From positions 6,543 to 58,267 of the forward strand of contig CAJOLB010000004.1 in NCBI GenBank assembly GCA_905235385.1: a stretch of 51,725 bases of DNA, read 5' to 3'. Shown piece after piece: positions 19,800-29,258 of the stretch. How positions within the stretch are numbered: the first letter of the stretch is position 1; each line of letters starts with the position of its first letter. Origin of the DNA: an uncultured Alphaproteobacteria bacterium (GTDB lineage: Bacteria; Pseudomonadota; Alphaproteobacteria; RF32; CAG-239). The notes below the pieces were generated by a model, which saw nothing but the letters and a program-made list of their open reading frames with translations, was not told where the DNA came from and ran no database searches. Position numbers and translations under genes: made by a program.

Positions 19800-19931
19800 G
19801 TAAAGAAATAACCAACCTTTTTTCTTTACACTTTTTAAAATTTCATTTTAATTGATTCTTAAGGAAAATTTTGATATGCTGATACAAAAGGAATCGTAAA
19901 AATTTAAGGTTCCTTTTTTCTTTACACTTTT
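19800..19931. promoter_or_regulatory. Invertible-promoter-like cassette, copy B (orphan)
   Basis: Inverted repeats gtaaagaaataaccaacc (19800-19817) and ggttccttttttctttac (19908-19925). The promoter is on the plus strand: TTGATT 19852-19857, 17-nt spacer, TGaTATGCT (-10 at 19875-19880). No pilin-like gene is adjacent. Confidence 0.7.
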
Positions 19932-19947
19932 TCGCCGACGATTCTGT

Positions 19948-19977
19948 TTGACAATTCTTTTTTTTTCATGTTATTTT
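19948..19977 (+). promoter_or_regulatory. Candidate sigma-70 promoter of the bPH_2 gene
   Basis: TTGACA (19948-19953), 18-nt spacer, TGtTATTTT (-10 at 19972-19977). It lies about 30 nt upstream of the ATG at 20006. Confidence 0.45.
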
Positions 19978-20005
19978 ATCTTAAGATAAACTTTGGAGAA
20001 CTCAG

Positions 20006-20530
20006 ATGCTTGGTCGCTATACTTATACCTTGAGTACATTAACCCCCGATGAAGAAATTATTTTAGTCGGTCGGTTGCACTATTTTGCTTTAATCATTCC
20101 CTTTTTCTTAACTGTCACAACTTTCGTATCTTTGTTCTTTTCTATCGGATTTACAATTCAATTAAAAGGTGGAAATATTTTAGATTCGATGAAGATTTTT
20201 GCATGCTGGGCCGTCACATTGACCGTTTTTACCTGCACAATCGTTTCTTGGCTAACGCGCAATTTTATTGAAATGGTTTGCACCAGCAAACGTGTTGTCA
20301 AGCGCACCGGTATTATTAATGTTACAACCGAAGAGCTTAATCGTGAGAGAATCGAATCGGTTGAAATGCGTCAAAGCATATTCGGTCGTTTGTTTAATTA
20401 CGGCGATATTTTCTTTTCAGGCACCGGCACATCAAAATTGATTTTTCACTTTATCAACCAACCGAAACTGATGAAACAGATTATTGATGCGGTGATCAGT
20501 TCACCTCAACAACAGCCTGATGAACACTAA
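20006..20530 (+). CDS. Bacterial PH-domain (bPH_2, YdbS/YdbT-like) membrane protein
   Basis: Several N-terminal TM helices, then the segment VVKRTGIINVTTEELNRERIESVEMRQSIFGRLFNYGDI typical of bPH_2. Confidence 0.65.
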   Translation: MLGRYTYTLSTLTPDEEIILVGRLHYFALIIPFFLTVTTFVSLFFSIGFTIQLKGGNILDSMKIFACWAVTLTVFTCTIVSWLTRNFIEMVCTSKRVVKRTGIINVTTEELNRERIESVEMRQSIFGRLFNYGDIFFSGTGTSKLIFHFINQPKLMKQIIDAVISSPQQQPDEH

Positions 20531-20531
20531 C

Positions 20532-20561
20532 AAAAAAGCCTCTGTTTCAGAGGCTTTTTTT
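20532..20561. terminator. Bidirectional terminator between the bPH_2 gene and mlaC
   Basis: A6, stem gcctctg / cagaggc, then T7. Confidence 0.75.
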
Positions 20562-20567
20562 AATTGA

Positions 20568-21158
20568 TTATTTTGATTTTTCTTTCAAGTCTTTGATTAA
20601 ATCATCTAAACCATTCGGGGCTTTTTTGATATATGCCGTATATTCGTTTCGCGCAGTAATGGCAAGCGACACGTTTTCAATGATGATATCAACGATTTTT
20701 AATTGATCTCCGTCTTTAACACGCCATACAACCTTAGCCGGTGCGCCTTCGCCCATATCAACCGTTGTGTTCACAAAAATCTGACCTTCCGAATTAGAGG
20801 GTGCTGTTCCGTGAAAATCAAAGCTCTTGCCTTTGAATTCATCAAAACGTTTTGACCATGTTTTGATGTTAAATTCACGATATACTTTAATAAATGCGTC
20901 ACGCTGCGTTGTTTTTGCCGTTTTCCAATAACGTCCCAAAACAAATTTTCCGATATAGTCCAAATCAAGATATTCGTTAAAAAGTTTTTCAAAACGAGCA
21001 TCTTTTTCTTCTGCGGAAACGTCAGAATTAATGATTTGTTCAATGCCTTGTGTCGTTACTTTTTTTACGAAATCTTCTGCTTTCTGACTATCAATGGCCA
21101 TCGCTTTATATGAAAACATACAAGCAAAAGCAAAAATCAAAGTTATTATTTTTTTCAT
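20568..21158 (-). CDS. mlaC: Phospholipid-binding periplasmic protein MlaC (Ttg2D family)
   Basis: Signal peptide plus MlaC-like segments (IGKFVLGRYWKTA, KIVDIIIENVSLAITARNEY). Confidence 0.8.
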   Translation of the reverse strand: MKKIITLIFAFACMFSYKAMAIDSQKAEDFVKKVTTQGIEQIINSDVSAEEKDARFEKLFNEYLDLDYIGKFVLGRYWKTAKTTQRDAFIKVYREFNIKTWSKRFDEFKGKSFDFHGTAPSNSEGQIFVNTTVDMGEGAPAKVVWRVKDGDQLKIVDIIIENVSLAITARNEYTAYIKKAPNGLDDLIKDLKEKSK

Positions 21159-21184
21159 ATTTAGTCTCCTTAGTTCAAAAATTT

Positions 21185-21964
21185 TTATTCATCTTCATCG
21201 TCAAAGTCAAAGTCATAACTTACTTGCTGTTCGGTTTCATTGTTTTTCTTCGCGCACAGGCTTTGGAATTTTTGACGGTTTTGTAAAAATGCCGTTTTTA
21301 TTGTCGCGTAAAAATCGACCGAACCTTCTTCCAAACTATCAAGCAATGCTATGCTTTCCGCGCGTTTGTTGATATATTTTAAGGCTGTCGCACCATAAGA
21401 TACACCCACGCCCCAATCTTCATCTTGCTTATCCCAAAGTGTCCAATACAACGGGTCTGCCATTGCATCAACACCCCATCCGATGAGATAACGCGGCGTT
21501 GACGGGCCGATAATCGGCATCACGATAAACGGACCATCCGGTGTGCAATAAAGAGCCATCGTTGCATCAAAAGAATTTTTCTTCTTTTCAAGCCCCCAAC
21601 CCGAAGCAACATCAAACGTTCCTAAAAGTCCGAGTGTTGAGTTGATTCCGAAACGAACCAAAGATTTTCCGCTGTCCGAAACTTCACCTTGAAGTAAATT
21701 ATTAATGGCATAAGCGGGTTCTTCCAAGTTGTTGAAAAAGTTCGTTACCCTGTTTCTGATACCTTGTGTCGTTATAGCTTTATAACCTTTAGCTACAGGT
21801 TTTAAAACCATTTTATCCACCTGATAGTTAAAATTAAACATCGCTCTGTTATAAACTTCAAGTTTTGTTTCTTCTTCACTGATTTTCATTTTTGTGCCGT
21901 TCGGATTGGTCGTGCAAGCCGTCGCACAAAACAAAATCGGTATCAAGAATAACGATTTTTTCAT
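21185..21964 (-). CDS. mlaA: Outer-membrane lipoprotein MlaA/VacJ
   Basis: Lipobox FCATAC and VacJ motifs (YNRAMFNFNYQVDKMVLKPVAKGY, NFFNNLEEP). Confidence 0.85.
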   Translation of the reverse strand: MKKSLFLIPILFCATACTTNPNGTKMKISEEETKLEVYNRAMFNFNYQVDKMVLKPVAKGYKAITTQGIRNRVTNFFNNLEEPAYAINNLLQGEVSDSGKSLVRFGINSTLGLLGTFDVASGWGLEKKKNSFDATMALYCTPDGPFIVMPIIGPSTPRYLIGWGVDAMADPLYWTLWDKQDEDWGVGVSYGATALKYINKRAESIALLDSLEEGSVDFYATIKTAFLQNRQKFQSLCAKKNNETEQQVSYDFDFDDEDE

Positions 21965-22172
21965 TGATATGTCCTTTCTTATTATTCCGTTTTACAATAT
22001 AAACATAAAAATATATTCAATCAAGCAAAATTCTATTCTTATAACGCATGAATTTACAAAAAAGTTCGCTATAAAATTTTTTTGTTACAATTAAGAAACG
22101 ATTTGTGTTTTGATGTTTGTCGTAAAATAACATATTATCGCGTCAGTTTTTAACTTAGTAAAGGAAAATAAA

Positions 22173-23333
22173 ATGTCTTATCAACCTTCTAAAATGATTG
22201 GTATTTTTGACTGCGCCACCTCTCAAAAGGTTATCGGTCAAGAAAAATTTTTGGAAGCTTTTAAAACAATTTTGAACCACGGCGCATATTGCCAAGGTCC
22301 TGAAACAAAAGAATTAGATCAAAAACTCGCCGAATATTCAGGCACAAAATATTGCTCAACCTGCGGTTCCGGAACGGATGCTTTAACGCTTGCTTTGATG
22401 AGCTGGGGTGTTAAAGAAGGCGATGCTGTCTTTGTTTCTTCTTTCACATTCGTTGCATCTGCCGAAGCTCCTGTTTTGCTCGGTGCAACCCCGATTTTTG
22501 TTGATTCGGAACCTTATACATACAATATGGATCCAGAAGATTTGAAACGTGCGATTGCAGAAGTTAAAAAAGAAGGCAAATTAAATCTGAAAGCCGTTAT
22601 TCCTGTTGACATTTTCGGCAACCCTTGCGACTATGATGAAATCATCAAAATCGCTCACGACAACGGTATGAAAGTTTTGTCTGACTCTTGCCAATCTTAC
22701 GGTTCCGTTTACCATGGCAAAAATGCCGGTTCAATTGCTGATATGACAGCTACTTCTTTCTACCCGACAAAGCCTTTAGCTGCTTATGGTGACGGTGGTG
22801 CCGTGTTCACAAACAACGAAAATGAAAATGCGCTTGTTCAATCTTGCCGCGTTCACGGTATGAGCCCTGAAGATCACTATGACAACGTTCGTTTGGGTAT
22901 GACAGGCCGTATGAACTCTTTCCAAGCTGCTGTTTTAATGCAAAAATTGACAGTATTCAAAAAAGAGCTTCAAGATCGTTATACCATTGCTTCTCGCTAT
23001 GATAACGAATTGTCATCATATTTCGGCAAACAACGTGTCTTGGACAACTGCAAATCTGCTTATGCGCTCTACACCATCAACTGCGAACATCGTGATGAAT
23101 TGATGACATATTTGAAAGAAAACAACATCGGTTGCGGCGCATATTATCCGAGACCGGTTAACACACAAACAGCTTATGCAAAGTGGAACACGCGTTCGCT
23201 TCCTGTTTGCGAAAAACTCTCTAAAACGGTTTTGAGCATCCCGATGCACCCGTATTTGAGCTCTGAGGAACAAACATATATCATCAACAAGATGAACGAG
23301 TTTGCTGCCCGCTATGCATCTAAAGCTGCTTAA
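22173..23333 (+). CDS. DegT/DnrJ/EryC1/StrS-family PLP-dependent sugar aminotransferase
   Basis: Family-typical sequence throughout, including the PLP-lysine context SFYPTKPL. Confidence 0.85.
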   Translation: MSYQPSKMIGIFDCATSQKVIGQEKFLEAFKTILNHGAYCQGPETKELDQKLAEYSGTKYCSTCGSGTDALTLALMSWGVKEGDAVFVSSFTFVASAEAPVLLGATPIFVDSEPYTYNMDPEDLKRAIAEVKKEGKLNLKAVIPVDIFGNPCDYDEIIKIAHDNGMKVLSDSCQSYGSVYHGKNAGSIADMTATSFYPTKPLAAYGDGGAVFTNNENENALVQSCRVHGMSPEDHYDNVRLGMTGRMNSFQAAVLMQKLTVFKKELQDRYTIASRYDNELSSYFGKQRVLDNCKSAYALYTINCEHRDELMTYLKENNIGCGAYYPRPVNTQTAYAKWNTRSLPVCEKLSKTVLSIPMHPYLSSEEQTYIINKMNEFAARYASKAA

Positions 23334-23354
23334 ACTTTTACTTTAGAAACTCTC

Positions 23355-23387
23355 GAAAGCCTTCTCAAATGAAGGCTTTCTTTTTTT
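23355..23387 (+). terminator. Rho-independent terminator
   Basis: 10-bp stem gaaagccttc / gaaggctttc followed by T7. Confidence 0.8.
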
Positions 23388-23486
23388 AAATTTATATTGA
23401 CTTTTTGTCAAATATTTTATAAATTGCTTCATAGAAAAAGAATCATTATTTTTTATAAATATGTCAAACCATTAAACATTTTTATT

Positions 23487-25304
23487 ATGAATCAAATCAA
23501 AATCAATGTAGACAATCTCTCTAAACAAGAGTTGCCTCGGTGGGATTTATCTGTCGCTTTTTACAGCGGTTTGGATGATCCCCAAATTGAGATTGACAAG
23601 AAACTTTTGGAAAGCCTTTCCAAAGAACTTGCCACCTATCGCAGCTTGATTGCTGACCTTGAGCCTTATGAGCTTTCAATTATGCTTCGCAAATACGAAA
23701 CAATGGTTCAAACGGCTCGCAAACTCTCTTACTTCGCCTTTTTATATGCGGACACGCACAAAACGGATGAAGAAGCAACTGTCTTTCAATCCAGAATTCA
23801 GGAAACAATTGCAAAGGTTTTTAAGAACCTGCTCTTTATCAACTTTGAGCTCAACCAGCTGCCCAACTACAAGAAGTTAGAGTTTTTGAATCATCCCAAG
23901 CTCCAACACTGGATTTACTGGCTTCAAAGCATCTTTTGCAGCTATTGGAGCTTAAGCGAGGGGGCGGCCTTCATCATTGATCAAAAGTCCATCGTCTCAT
24001 CGGCATGGTCTCGCCTTTATGATGAAACCTGCGCATCTTTAAAGTTCAGGCTGGGCGGCAAAGTTTTGACCGAAGCAGAAATTTCCAAGAAAGTGGCTTC
24101 ACAAAATCCCGAGATTCGCCACAAAGCTTTGGCGGAAATGAACCGTGTCTTCAAAGAAAACGCACGCGTTTTCACCATGTGCTATAACATGATTTTGGAA
24201 GACAAGCACATTGACGACGAGCTTTACGGCTTGGAAGAGCCTGTTCAGAGCAGTCTCTTTGAGAACAACATCTCAAAAGAAGAATTGCTCGCCATGAGTT
24301 CTGCGGTGGTCGATTCTTACATCACGATTTCCCAACGCTTTTTCAAGCTTTTGGCCAAAATCAGGAAAATTGATCACATCAGCTATGAAGACCGCAACAT
24401 CAACCCGATTGACATACCGGTCAAAAAGATTTCATGGTCTGAATGCGTGAAAGAGGTTTTGGAAGGGTATGCCGAATTTTCGCTGGACTATATGTCCCTC
24501 GGGCTTTCCATCATCAACAGCGGCTATGTTGACGTTCCGCCTGACAAGGGCAAGAAAAGCGGCGCCTACTGCATACGCGGCGAAGCGCCTTACATTTTGC
24601 TCAACTTCACGGGCACCGAAGATGATATCGCCACCTTTGCACACGAACTCGGTCATGGGGTGCATCATCTTTTGTCCGCACAAGTCGGCGTTTTGAACGA
24701 CAGCACACCGACCGCTCTTGCGGAAGTGGCCTCCGAGTTTGCGGAATACCTGATTTTCCAAAAACGCTTCAATGCCGCCGCCACAAACAAAGAAAAGCTT
24801 TATTTGCTGATTAATCGTGTCCAAGACATGATTCAAAGCATTCATCGGCAAATTTCTTTCTACAAGTTTGAGGAACGCGCGCATGCCGAACGCAAGGAGG
24901 GCGAACTTTCAACCAAACGTCTCTGCCAAATTTGGCGCGAAGAAACTTCTCGCTATCTCGGCTTTGACATAGGCGAAGAAAGCGAATATCTGTGGATGAG
25001 CATTTCCCACATTTTTGATATGCCCTACTACGTTTATTCGTATGCTTTTGCCGGGTTGGTGGTCAACAACTTGATCATCGCCTATGAAAAATGGGACGAA
25101 AGAAGCGAGCTTGAAGTGTTGGAAGATTTTGCAGATCTTTATATAGATATGCTTTCCAACACCGGCGTTGAAGACTTCAAGAGTTTACTTGAGCCATTCG
25201 GCATTGATGCCTCTGCCCCTGACTTTTGGAACAACGGCTTGAAACTCATCACACGTTATATTGATGAGATTGAAAAGCTTGCCAAACTTGAAGGGTTGAT
25301 TTAG
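23487..25304 (+). CDS. pepF: M3B-family oligoendopeptidase F
   Basis: HELGH zinc motif in an M3 context. Start moved to ATG 23487 (MNQIKINV). The track ORF starts at an upstream TTG. Confidence 0.85.
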   Translation: MNQIKINVDNLSKQELPRWDLSVAFYSGLDDPQIEIDKKLLESLSKELATYRSLIADLEPYELSIMLRKYETMVQTARKLSYFAFLYADTHKTDEEATVFQSRIQETIAKVFKNLLFINFELNQLPNYKKLEFLNHPKLQHWIYWLQSIFCSYWSLSEGAAFIIDQKSIVSSAWSRLYDETCASLKFRLGGKVLTEAEISKKVASQNPEIRHKALAEMNRVFKENARVFTMCYNMILEDKHIDDELYGLEEPVQSSLFENNISKEELLAMSSAVVDSYITISQRFFKLLAKIRKIDHISYEDRNINPIDIPVKKISWSECVKEVLEGYAEFSLDYMSLGLSIINSGYVDVPPDKGKKSGAYCIRGEAPYILLNFTGTEDDIATFAHELGHGVHHLLSAQVGVLNDSTPTALAEVASEFAEYLIFQKRFNAAATNKEKLYLLINRVQDMIQSIHRQISFYKFEERAHAERKEGELSTKRLCQIWREETSRYLGFDIGEESEYLWMSISHIFDMPYYVYSYAFAGLVVNNLIIAYEKWDERSELEVLEDFADLYIDMLSNTGVEDFKSLLEPFGIDASAPDFWNNGLKLITRYIDEIEKLAKLEGLI

Positions 25305-25335
25305 AAAAAAGCGGGATTTTTCCCGCTTTTTTTTA
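25305..25335. terminator. Bidirectional terminator
   Basis: A-run, stem gcggga / tcccgc, then T8. Confidence 0.75.
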
Positions 25336-25545
25336 TTTTCTATCAATCATGATTGTATCCGGCGCAAATTGTTCATAAATGAGCCAAATCGCTGCAAGGC
25401 CGACCAAAATATACACAATGCGTGATAAAATACTCATATCGCCGAAAATCAGGCTGACAAGGTTGAAATTAGCAACGCCGATTAAACCCCAGTTAATACC
25501 GCCGATAATCGTGAGCCACAAGGCAATTTTTGAAAGATAATACAT
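25333..25545 (-). CDS. DUF378 small membrane protein
   Basis: 70 aa with the segment IIGGINWGLIGVANFNLVSLIFG typical of DUF378. Confidence 0.7.
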   Translation of the reverse strand: MYYLSKIALWLTIIGGINWGLIGVANFNLVSLIFGDMSILSRIVYILVGLAAIWLIYEQFAPDTIMIDRK

Positions 25546-25631
25546 ATATGTTTCTCCTTAAATAAAAAAATGTTTTACTTTTTTTTCAATCATGATATAT
25601 GAACGAAAGTATTTTTTTCAAGGAACAAACT

Positions 25632-26330
25632 ATGTACAGCGAAAAATTTTTGAAATTTATTCAAATGTGGGAAAAAGATTTCGGCATTGCGAAAACGATT
25701 GATGAAAAAATTTGTGTTGACCGAGACGGAAACCCTATCCCGTGGTACACATATCCTGCGATAGAATATCTCTCTCAATTTGATTATTCCAAGAAAAAAA
25801 TCTTTGAGTTCGGTGTCGGCAATTCTTCGCTTTTTTGGGCTGAGCGCGCACAAAAGGTTATTTCTGTTGAAGACAACTTAAAATGGTTTGAAAAATGGCA
25901 AAAAGAATTTAACCACCCTCGCCTTTCGATCATTTGGCGCGATGAGGGCGAAATTTATGAAAACGCCATTTTGGAAACAGATGAAAAACAAGATGTCATC
26001 ATCATTGACGGCAAACGCCGCTTCCAATGCGCCGAAACGGCTTTAAAACGCTTGAATAAAGGCGGTATGATTATTTTAGATGATTCGGACCGCATCAACA
26101 CGAGCGAAGAATATAAAAAAGCTGTTGCTATTTTAAAAAGTGCAAACCTCTTACATGTTGATTTTTACGGTTTCTGCCCGATGAATAACTATACCAAAAC
26201 AACTTCGGTATTTTTTGACCGCACTTTTAATTTCGAATCAAAATTTGAAGTTCAACCGATCAACGGCCTCGGAAATTTATGGTCAATGAGCCGAAAAGAT
26301 CGTAAAGAAAAATATAACGAACAGAAGTAA
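25632..26330 (+). CDS. Putative class I SAM-dependent methyltransferase-like protein
   Basis: Glycine-rich motif FEFGVGNSS and a later acidic motif MIILDDSD suggest a Rossmann methyltransferase fold. Start set to ATG 25632, which has an aaggaa RBS. Confidence 0.35.
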   Translation: MYSEKFLKFIQMWEKDFGIAKTIDEKICVDRDGNPIPWYTYPAIEYLSQFDYSKKKIFEFGVGNSSLFWAERAQKVISVEDNLKWFEKWQKEFNHPRLSIIWRDEGEIYENAILETDEKQDVIIIDGKRRFQCAETALKRLNKGGMIILDDSDRINTSEEYKKAVAILKSANLLHVDFYGFCPMNNYTKTTSVFFDRTFNFESKFEVQPINGLGNLWSMSRKDRKEKYNEQK

Positions 26331-26951
26331 TTATTTCCGCCACCAAAATTTCAAGCTAACAGATGTGGTGTCATTTTGACTGTGGAAATTGCACATTTCA
26401 AAAATTTTCTGTGTATTTAAATTTCTGATTTTTGAACAACTTTGACAACAACGATCGCCATAATATTGTTTTAGGCGCCTGTTTTCAGATGATGCTGCGG
26501 ATATTGTTTCAAAATAACACAATTCGGAGGCCCACTCTTTTGCTATTGTAAAAATATTTTGGCATTCTCTTAAGGCTGCCTCATTATCATCTTTCAGAGA
26601 AGATAAACTGATATGTAAAACAATATCTTCTGCCGTACTTGGCGAAACCCAGACACGGTTTTTGAAATCATCATACCAATATGTTCCGCTTTCATTTTGA
26701 ATCATTCCTTCCGGAACACTGTGCAACTTTTTAAGTATGTTCATCATACTTGTTTGATTTAAGCCGTATAAATCATTTTGATATTTTGTAATCCCCAGAA
26801 GCAGTTCGTTAATTTGTTCCATTTGTTTATTGAGTTTATGCTGAAACATCGCCTTTGAATAACCTGCTAAAGCACCGACGGATAAGATGCCGATGATGGC
26901 TAAGACGCCAAGCATTTCAACCATACTTCTGCCTCTTTGATTTATTTTCAT
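26331..26951 (-). CDS. Prepilin-type N-terminal domain protein (pilin-like), paralog C
   Basis: MKINQRG-RSMVEMLGVLAIIGILSVGALAGY, with RBS aaggag 7 nt upstream of ATG 26949-26951. The track's N-terminal extension (MLTQSRDD...) starts at a TTG and lies in the conserved non-coding leader. Confidence 0.7.
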   Translation of the reverse strand: MKINQRGRSMVEMLGVLAIIGILSVGALAGYSKAMFQHKLNKQMEQINELLLGITKYQNDLYGLNQTSMMNILKKLHSVPEGMIQNESGTYWYDDFKNRVWVSPSTAEDIVLHISLSSLKDDNEAALRECQNIFTIAKEWASELCYFETISAASSENRRLKQYYGDRCCQSCSKIRNLNTQKIFEMCNFHSQNDTTSVSLKFWWRK

Positions 26952-26969
26952 TTCTATTCTCCTTATAGT

Positions 26970-27006
26970 GTCATCCCTCGATTGCGTCAGCAATCGTCAA
27001 GGGATC
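26970..27006 (-). promoter_or_regulatory. Conserved bulged leader hairpin (copy C)
   Basis: The mRNA sense strand reads GAUCCCU-UGA-CGAUUGC-UGAC-GCAAUCG-AGGGAU. It lies between the cassette and the RBS. Confidence 0.55.
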
Positions 27007-27022
27007 TTCAAATTTTTAAACC

Positions 27023-27154
27023 GTAAAGAAATAACCAACCTTTTTTCTTTACACTTTTTAAAATTTCATTTTAATTGATTCTTAAGGAAAATTTTGATAG
27101 GATTAAATAAAAGGAATCGTAAAAATTTAAGGTTCCTTTTTTCTTTACACTTTT
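27023..27154. promoter_or_regulatory. Invertible-promoter-like cassette, copy C
   Basis: Inverted repeats at 27023-27040 and 27131-27148. The promoter is on the plus strand: TTGATT 27075-27080, 17-nt spacer, TGaTAGGAT (-10 at 27098-27103). It points away from pilin-like gene C. Confidence 0.75.
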
Positions 27155-27184
27155 GCTAAAGTTTGCAGATAATCAATTTTGTTT

Positions 27185-27847
27185 TTACATCAGTTTCATC
27201 ATTGCTTTAATCATATTGTCTGCACCTTCACAAACTTCTTTGATTGAAGATGCAAGCATATAAGCCGGTGTTGTCACAACCTTTCTTAATTCATCAACAC
27301 AAACATCCGTAACCTCTTTATTTTCGTGAACTGCACCCGTGCGCTCAATAGATGTTGCCACGCCCTTGTCGCTGCCGATTGTCACATGAACGCCTTGTGA
27401 GCCCAAAACCTTTGCAATCACAACCGGTGCAATACACATCGCGCCGATGACCACGCCGTTTTTATGGCTTTCTAAAATTGCTTTCCGAACACTTGCGTCA
27501 ACATCACAACTCACACCTGAAACGCTAAAATCACACCAGTTGATAACGGCACCTAACCCACCCGGAAAAACAATCGCATCATAATCTTTCGGATTATAAT
27601 CTTTTAAATCCAAAATATTGCCTCTCGCCAAACGAGCAGATTCGATCAAAACATTGCGCTTTTCATCTGTTTTCTTGCCGCTTAAGTGATTAACAACAGC
27701 CGCCTGCTCAATATTCGGCGCAAAACATTGATAAGTTGAGCCTAAACAATCAATGGCAAGCATCGCGCATGTTGCCTCGTGAATTTCGGATCCGTCAGCT
27801 CGACCGCAACCGGAAAGCACAATTGCAAATTTCGGATTTTTTTTCAT
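27185..27847 (-). CDS. elbB: DJ-1/PfpI-family protein ElbB (isoprenoid biosynthesis glyoxalase-like)
   Basis: LSGCGRADGSEIHEA, NHL and CIAP motifs typical of ElbB. Confidence 0.8.
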   Translation of the reverse strand: MKKNPKFAIVLSGCGRADGSEIHEATCAMLAIDCLGSTYQCFAPNIEQAAVVNHLSGKKTDEKRNVLIESARLARGNILDLKDYNPKDYDAIVFPGGLGAVINWCDFSVSGVSCDVDASVRKAILESHKNGVVIGAMCIAPVVIAKVLGSQGVHVTIGSDKGVATSIERTGAVHENKEVTDVCVDELRKVVTTPAYMLASSIKEVCEGADNMIKAMMKLM

Positions 27848-27940
27848 GTTTATAATCTCCTCACTTCTTTTTATTTCGGTTGATTTATCCTATATCAACG
27901 ATATAATACTGTCAATTGAGATTTTAAATAGGACATTGAA

Positions 27941-29203
27941 ATGAAACATAAAATAACAACACTTAACAACGGACTGCGCATTATCACCCAAGAAAGAAAA
28001 GATATCGAAACCGTTTCTTTAGGTATTTGGGTTAATACAGGCTCAGCCTATGAAACCGTTGATATGAACGGCATCTCTCATTTTATTGAGCATATGGTTT
28101 TTAAAGGCACAAAAAAGCGTAACGCGCTTCAAATTTCAGAAGATATTGAAAACGTCGGCGGACAAACAAATGCATACACTTCTCGTGAGTTTACGGCTTT
28201 TTATGCCAAAATGCTTAAAAATGATGTTGAGCTTGCCCTTGATGTTTTGGCTGATTTTATTGTTGCGCCCACCTTTGATGAAAGTGAAATGGTTAAAGAA
28301 AAAGAAGTTGTTGTCCAAGAAATCAAGCAGAGCATTGATACCCCTGATGATGCCGTATTTGATTACTTTCAAGAAGATGCTTTCAAGGATTGCGCTATCG
28401 GACGCACAATTTTAGGTCCCGAAGAAAAGGTTCGTTCTTTTGATGCCGAAATGATGCGACGTTATATGCACACGCATTATGCCACAGATAATATGGTTGT
28501 CGTCGGTGTTGGAAATTTGAATCATGATGATTTTGTAAAAATGGTTGAAACTCGTTTATCAAAATATTCCGCCAAAGCCGATTTTAACATTGAACCTCAA
28601 AATTACACAGGCGGTTTTACATTTCAAAAACGCGATATTGAACAAGTTCATGCCTTAATCGGTTTTAAGGGCGTCGAATACAAAAACCCGATGTATTATC
28701 CTGTTTCGATTTTCTCAACACTTTTCGGCGGCAGTATGTCATCAAGGCTATTCCAAGAAATCAGAGAAAAACGCGGGCTTGTTTATACCGTTTACAGCTT
28801 TACAAACTCGCACACTTCAGGCGGATTGTTCGGTATATATGCCGGCACAACGGCCGATGAATTAAATAAGCTTATTCCCGTTGTTGCCGATGAAATTAAA
28901 AAAGTTTGCAATACTTACGTTTTTGATAAAGAACTTGAGCGCGCAAAAACACAGCTCAAAGCCAGCATGCTTATGTCTTTAGAAAGTTCTTCCTCAACGG
29001 CTGAAGTTATGGCAAGACAGTCTTTAATTCACAATCGCATCATTGATACAGATGAAATTATTACAAATGTTGAAGCTGTCACAAAAGAAGATATTCAAAA
29101 AGCCGCTCAAATGCTTTTTTCAACAAATCCGACCTATACTTTGCTCGGAAACATGAAAACATATCCGTCCTATGATGAGCTTATAAATACTCTTAAATTT
29201 TAA
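27941..29203 (+). CDS. M16-family (pitrilysin/insulinase-like) zinc peptidase
   Basis: Inverted zinc motif HFIEH followed by MVFKGT. 420 aa. Confidence 0.88.
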   Translation: MKHKITTLNNGLRIITQERKDIETVSLGIWVNTGSAYETVDMNGISHFIEHMVFKGTKKRNALQISEDIENVGGQTNAYTSREFTAFYAKMLKNDVELALDVLADFIVAPTFDESEMVKEKEVVVQEIKQSIDTPDDAVFDYFQEDAFKDCAIGRTILGPEEKVRSFDAEMMRRYMHTHYATDNMVVVGVGNLNHDDFVKMVETRLSKYSAKADFNIEPQNYTGGFTFQKRDIEQVHALIGFKGVEYKNPMYYPVSIFSTLFGGSMSSRLFQEIREKRGLVYTVYSFTNSHTSGGLFGIYAGTTADELNKLIPVVADEIKKVCNTYVFDKELERAKTQLKASMLMSLESSSSTAEVMARQSLIHNRIIDTDEIITNVEAVTKEDIQKAAQMLFSTNPTYTLLGNMKTYPSYDELINTLKF

Positions 29204-29258
29204 GTGTTTGTTATGAAACTCTTGTTATTATCAAACCGGATTAACAAAGGAGGCAAAT

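Noticed and set aside
24432-24884. 150-aa antisense ORF inside pepF, and similar antisense or alternate-frame ORFs inside clpX, htpG, asnS, thrS, hydF and tatD.
   Set aside because: Each overlaps a well-supported gene in another frame or strand, lacks a start context, and shows low-complexity or biased composition.
26952-26993. N-terminal extensions MLTQSRDD(T/A)IRRIE of the pilin-like ORFs C and D in the ORF track (also 39933-39974).
   Set aside because: They begin at TTG codons inside the conserved leader hairpin. A strong aaggag RBS sits 7 nt before the downstream ATG. The same nucleotide motif is read in another frame at its third copy. The similarity is therefore at nucleotide level, not protein level.
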